From Raillietiella orientalis (lineage: Eukaryota): a stretch of 64,000 nucleotides of DNA. How positions within the stretch are numbered: the stretch's first letter is position 1; every line of letters starts with the position of its first letter. The DNA lies in contig JAYWIR010000014.1 of assembly GCA_036172245.1 (NCBI GenBank), positions 4,030,001 through 4,094,000 on the forward strand, read 5' to 3'. This document shows positions 60,480 through 64,000 of the stretch, in pieces. The position numbers and the translations under genes were made by a program. Under the pieces are notes generated by a model. That model had not been told where the DNA came from, did not search any database, and was given only the letters and a program-made list of their open reading frames with translations.

Positions 60480-61800
60480 GAGAGACCATGTTCCGTTGTT
60501 GTACCGGATGCTCACAATCGCCAAAGGCTCAGGAGGATCCTCACCTTCTATTTTCTGCTCAAAAGTGGTTTGGAAATTTCAGTTGGGATTCCTGTGGCTT
60601 GCGTCGTCTAATCAAAGAACGGTAGCATTTCCATGTGTGAAAGATCTTTCGAGCCAAATTCGATGGACCGGCACTGTTGAGTAAATGATATAACCGTATG
60701 GCGATCGCAACTTCATAATTGTCAAGATTCTTCGAGTCAGTTATTCCGAATTTCCAAAAATACTCTTTCTTTTGTTTTTTTGTTTTTTTTCTAAAAAAAT
60801 ACTTCTGAAGCAAAAATCCTTTGCTGCTGAGTGTCAAGCAGTTGGCAGCAACTCCATGACAGCCTACTGATGCTTCTTTCATTCAACGAAATATCCAAAA
60901 TTTACCAGAAAGACAGATGCTACGCGAAACACATCTTCCTTCTGTTCTAATGACATTCTTCGTTATTTCAAGTAACACAGGAAGAAAGACAAAATGTTCC
61001 ATGGAACAGAAGAGCAGTCAAACAACGAAAGCACGCATCTTTCTTTCCGTTAACTAAGGCACTGAATTAATGAACGTATAGTTTGGCTATTTTTTGTTAT
61101 GCAAAGCAAATAACGCCACGGTGATGATTTCTTAATACTTGATAGGGATTTCGTCTTGACCCCGTATGCATCTTTGAGGTACGATTTTCCTACGGTCCAT
61201 GGAAAATCCGTCTGAGAAATTCCTTTTGCGATTCCAAGCCTCAGGAGAAATTCTCTCGGAAGTAAGCGCTCGCCTGCACGGACCGGGCTGCTGGCACCTG
61301 GATTATTCCCCCTTCTCCCAAGTGGCATGAACGAAGGTGCCGTTCCCGTCCTACATTAATAATCAATCCTCCTCTAGTGGCTCCGCTGCCTGGAATGCAT
61401 TCCACGCCAGTTTCACTCTGCGATGCGAGAATTCCACTTCCAAGAGAAGATATGAACACTTCGCCGAAGGAGAAAAATCAACAGCCCTTCGAGACAGGGG
61501 GAAAAAAAAATCGGCAGTTTGCTCAACATCTATCGAGAAATTTCGATTTCGCTCCATTCGTTCCCGTAAGAATACCACGTCTGAAATGCAATCTCGGAAA
61601 AGATGAGAAGCAGATCTGGAAGGAACATCTTTCGGTTACCACGCCAGGAGATGAAATGGAAAACTAACCAAAATCGGCCCGAAAGCGTTGACGCCGCCAT
61701 CGTTGGCATGCTGTTCACTGGAACAGAATCGAGGCTGAAACGCAATGCCTTAGGTTTCAAAACCTCATGTTCTTTAAAAGATGCTGCATCCCACCTATCG
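60480..61800 (+). mobile_element. Decayed RLE-type non-LTR retrotransposon (Utopia-like), N-terminal RT region, directly downstream of the U2 fragment
   Basis: PTDASFIQR (60863-60889, like the DPxxASxIQxLY pre-RT motif), EVSARL..APG (~61260-61300), RIP (61428), SAVCSTSIEKF, NAISEK, EHLSV and NALG..PH (61744-61768, like NAFGSxPH). Several frameshifts. Confidence 0.62.
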
Positions 61801-62159
61801 TGAAATGTACAAGTATACAAGTATACAAGCATAAGGGAAGCCAAGTATGTTCCCCTTCTGCACTGATTCGAGATCAAGGAGACATCATCATGTAGGAAGA
61901 AAAGAAGAAGTACCGTGAGGATATCCCGCTTGAGTGGCTATACTTTCGCTTGAGGTTAAAAGGTACCGACACTCGAGGATGAAGACACGATTACTTTTAA
62001 TGATCCGCTTCAGGCGGACTCTACTGAAGCTGGCAGAGTGACATCTCTTTAGGAACAGGGCGTAAAGAACAACCAGCCAAGTGAAGAATCGTGGGAAAGA
62101 GCTATTTTGAAGTCTTTTCAGCTGGATATCGAAAGGATCGCGGCGCAGCACGACGAACA

Positions 62160-62410
62160 CTCGCCGGATTCATTTTGCACACCGTGGCTCCGGCTAGGGA
62201 GCAGCCTGGACGGGGTGGTCGCCGTGCGGTGGAAGTGGTTGTCGTTTCCCTCTTCCCGAAGGGATGCGCAAGATAGTTTCCTCGTCCCTATGCAAGAGAG
62301 GTTTCGTCCTGAAGGCTTTCCGTTACTTCGAAGATTTCCGTGCTACGTGCTTTCTCAGGGAGACGCCATGCTTGGAGGACTCCATCGGCCATTTCGGTAC
62401 GTTCGCTTCT
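62160..62410 (+). pseudogene. YqaJ/lambda-exonuclease-like fragment (probably TE-derived)
   Basis: AGFILH / PWL..GSSLDGVV / AVEV / YVLSQGDAMLGG across frameshifts, resembling GL..H..PWLGASPDG...EIK...Y.Q.QG.M. Confidence 0.38.
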
Positions 62411-62763
62411 ACCCGGCCTCTTCGGAAGATGCTGATCCCCTGGGAGAAGTAGCCAGCTTGTAAGTAAGCGATCAGAACGCGAAACGGTCCGACAAGAAGT
62501 AACCAGGAGACCACAGTTCCAACGTCCTTTTTTTGGGGAGGGGAGGGGGGAGACACTGAGTACCCAGGAACCATTCGCCTCTGCAGGGAGTTCACGAAGC
62601 TCCTTGACGCCGTCCACACCACCCAAGAGTGCGTGTCACTCTTCAACTCGCCGCTAGCGAGCCACAAACGGGCCGTGGCTGCTGGCGCTTCGATCATTTC
62701 TCTTCCTTCCAACTGGCGCGAACGAAGGTAACAGGTCCGTCTTACAATCTTCAAGTTATAGGG

Positions 62764-63156
62764 GCTACCTCGAAGGGATCACCTCATGAATCCAGGAAGG
62801 CTCCGGAGGAAGGAGTCCGAAGGGACGCTTCCGAATTTCTCTGAAGGGCACTGCCCGAAAGGAGCAGCACGCTTCTTGGACACTCTGGTGAGGCAACCAA
62901 CCTTCCAAGGGAGGTATCAAACCAGCTCAGATGGTGCGCGAAGGAGGGTTTCATTTTCGCAATCAAAGGGGAACCCCAGAAAGGCTCCTTGATCTCTGAA
63001 AGTACCCCGGGGAGTCGAATTCCAATACCAGTCACTCAAAGGGATATCCAGTTTCCGGCTTCCAACAGTGCCGCACCCGGAACCAGCGTCATTCTGTAAG
63101 GGGTACCTCGGAGGGACCAACTCATGAATCCAGGAAGGCTCCGGAGAAAAGAGTCC
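62764..63156 (+). repeat. Direct repeat of about 55 bp (62764-62818 and 63102-63156), with a diverged third copy near 27941-27981
   Basis: Identical 26-mer CTCATGAATCCAGGAAGGCTCCGGAG at 62783 and 63121 (338-bp spacing). 27941 reads cttcgaagggaccactctaatgatccaggaagg, and 27830-27930 also resembles 62530-62640. Confidence 0.8.
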
Positions 63157-63189
63157 ACTCTTTCTCACTCTTGGTAGGGCAACTCATGA

Positions 63190-63290
63190 CACACCCATTT
63201 CTCCGTGTCGATCCTCTACGTGGGGATTCGAACCCGCAACGCTTGGCACACCACGCGCGGAGACCGTCGCCACAAGGCCGCCAGCAAGGG
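63190..63290 (-). mobile_element. tRNA-derived SINE-like head (Pol III internal promoter)
   Basis: Exact B-box GGTTCGAATCC (63234-63224) with an A-box-like TGGCGGCCTTGTGG about 35-45 nt upstream. No convincing cloverleaf. Confidence 0.5.
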
Positions 63291-64000
63291 TTCCAATTTC
63301 CTTGGAGGGCATCATCTGCACTGACAGGAGTGAATGAGGACGACCCGTTGTTGGTTTATTTATTTATGTAGATATTTCTCTTACTCTTTTATCCTCTTCC
63401 AATTGTGCCCTGCCCACGATGCATCGTTTTTCTCCTCTTCCATGCTGCTGATCTGAGAGTAGTACTCTGTACTGTATGTATAGTATATTACATGTATGCT
63501 AATTTTAAATCTGAACAAAAGTCTCAGAGTGAACCGGTACAAATGAGTGGATTGTATGTATTGCCTATGCAAATACTTCAAGCCACACACAGTCCTGAGA
63601 CGCGACTGCTATCAACCTGCGGCACTGTAGGTCCGGCGGCTGCCGCGCATAGATGGCCGGACTCACTGCGAGTCATCTCCGATGAAGAAGGAGCATCGCT
63701 GCGAAGGTGTGCTGCCAAATGGCCGTCAGATTGCACATCCTGGACGTGACTGAAACTCTGGACGTGGAAGTTGGTGGATGCTGGAAGAATGCCATGGGGG
63801 GAGGGAAGAGAGCAAAAAAAGAGACTCAGTGCGAATGATAAAAATGATAGAAATTCGAGAAAACTTGCGCCGCATCTTCATCTTGTTCTGCTTTCTTCCC
63901 CAGCTAGAAGTGTTTATCCCTCCTTGCCCAGCAAACGGGTGAGTCCAGGAAAGGTAAGCGGAATGCCAGAGCCGCTTGCTGTGAACTTTTTACCGCGGAT

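Noticed and set aside
60442..60630. Functional U2 snRNA gene
   Set aside because: Only the first ~38 nt match, with a deletion and substitutions in the branch-point recognition sequence; stem IIa, the Sm site and the 3' stems are absent.
63190..63290. tRNA gene
   Set aside because: A B-box/T-arm is present, but I could not build acceptor and anticodon stems; a SINE head fits better.
1..64000. Prokaryotic systems (CRISPR array, operons, retron/DGR) or rRNA
   Set aside because: I found no regularly spaced repeat-spacer array, gene-dense operon or rRNA signature. The sequence has spliceosomal introns, and the RT fragments are of eukaryotic non-LTR type.

Overview
Eukaryotic genomic DNA, most likely from an arthropod or other invertebrate (inferred from the gene and a U2 fragment). 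The only intact gene I can support is a spliced minus-strand myosin light chain kinase of the short, kinase-only type (Drosophila sqa-like). It has 7 coding exons from the ATG at 30436 to the stop at 3427, giving 1008 nt / 335 aa. All introns are GT-AG and phase-consistent, the catalytic motifs are intact, and there is a C-terminal calmodulin-binding segment. At least one upstream non-coding exon is implied but was not located. Almost every other ORF in the supplied track is a by-product of high GC. The introns and upstream region contain many heavily decayed transposable elements, recognisable only as frameshifted motif fragments. These include about ten R2/NeSL/Utopia-type (restriction-like endonuclease, RLE) non-LTR retrotransposon remnants, several hAT and P/THAP9-type transposase remnants, a YqaJ-like fragment and a tRNA-derived SINE head. 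The most interesting signal is U2 snRNA sequence that stops at the branch-point recognition region and sits directly upstream of Utopia-like remnants. It is clear at 60442-60479, scrambled at 35599-35639 and doubtful at 33598. This suggests U2-targeting retroelements deposited together with their U2 5' flank at non-U2 sites in and around a protein-coding gene. TE assignments come from by-eye motif recognition, their boundaries are approximate, and they need HMM/tBLASTn confirmation.
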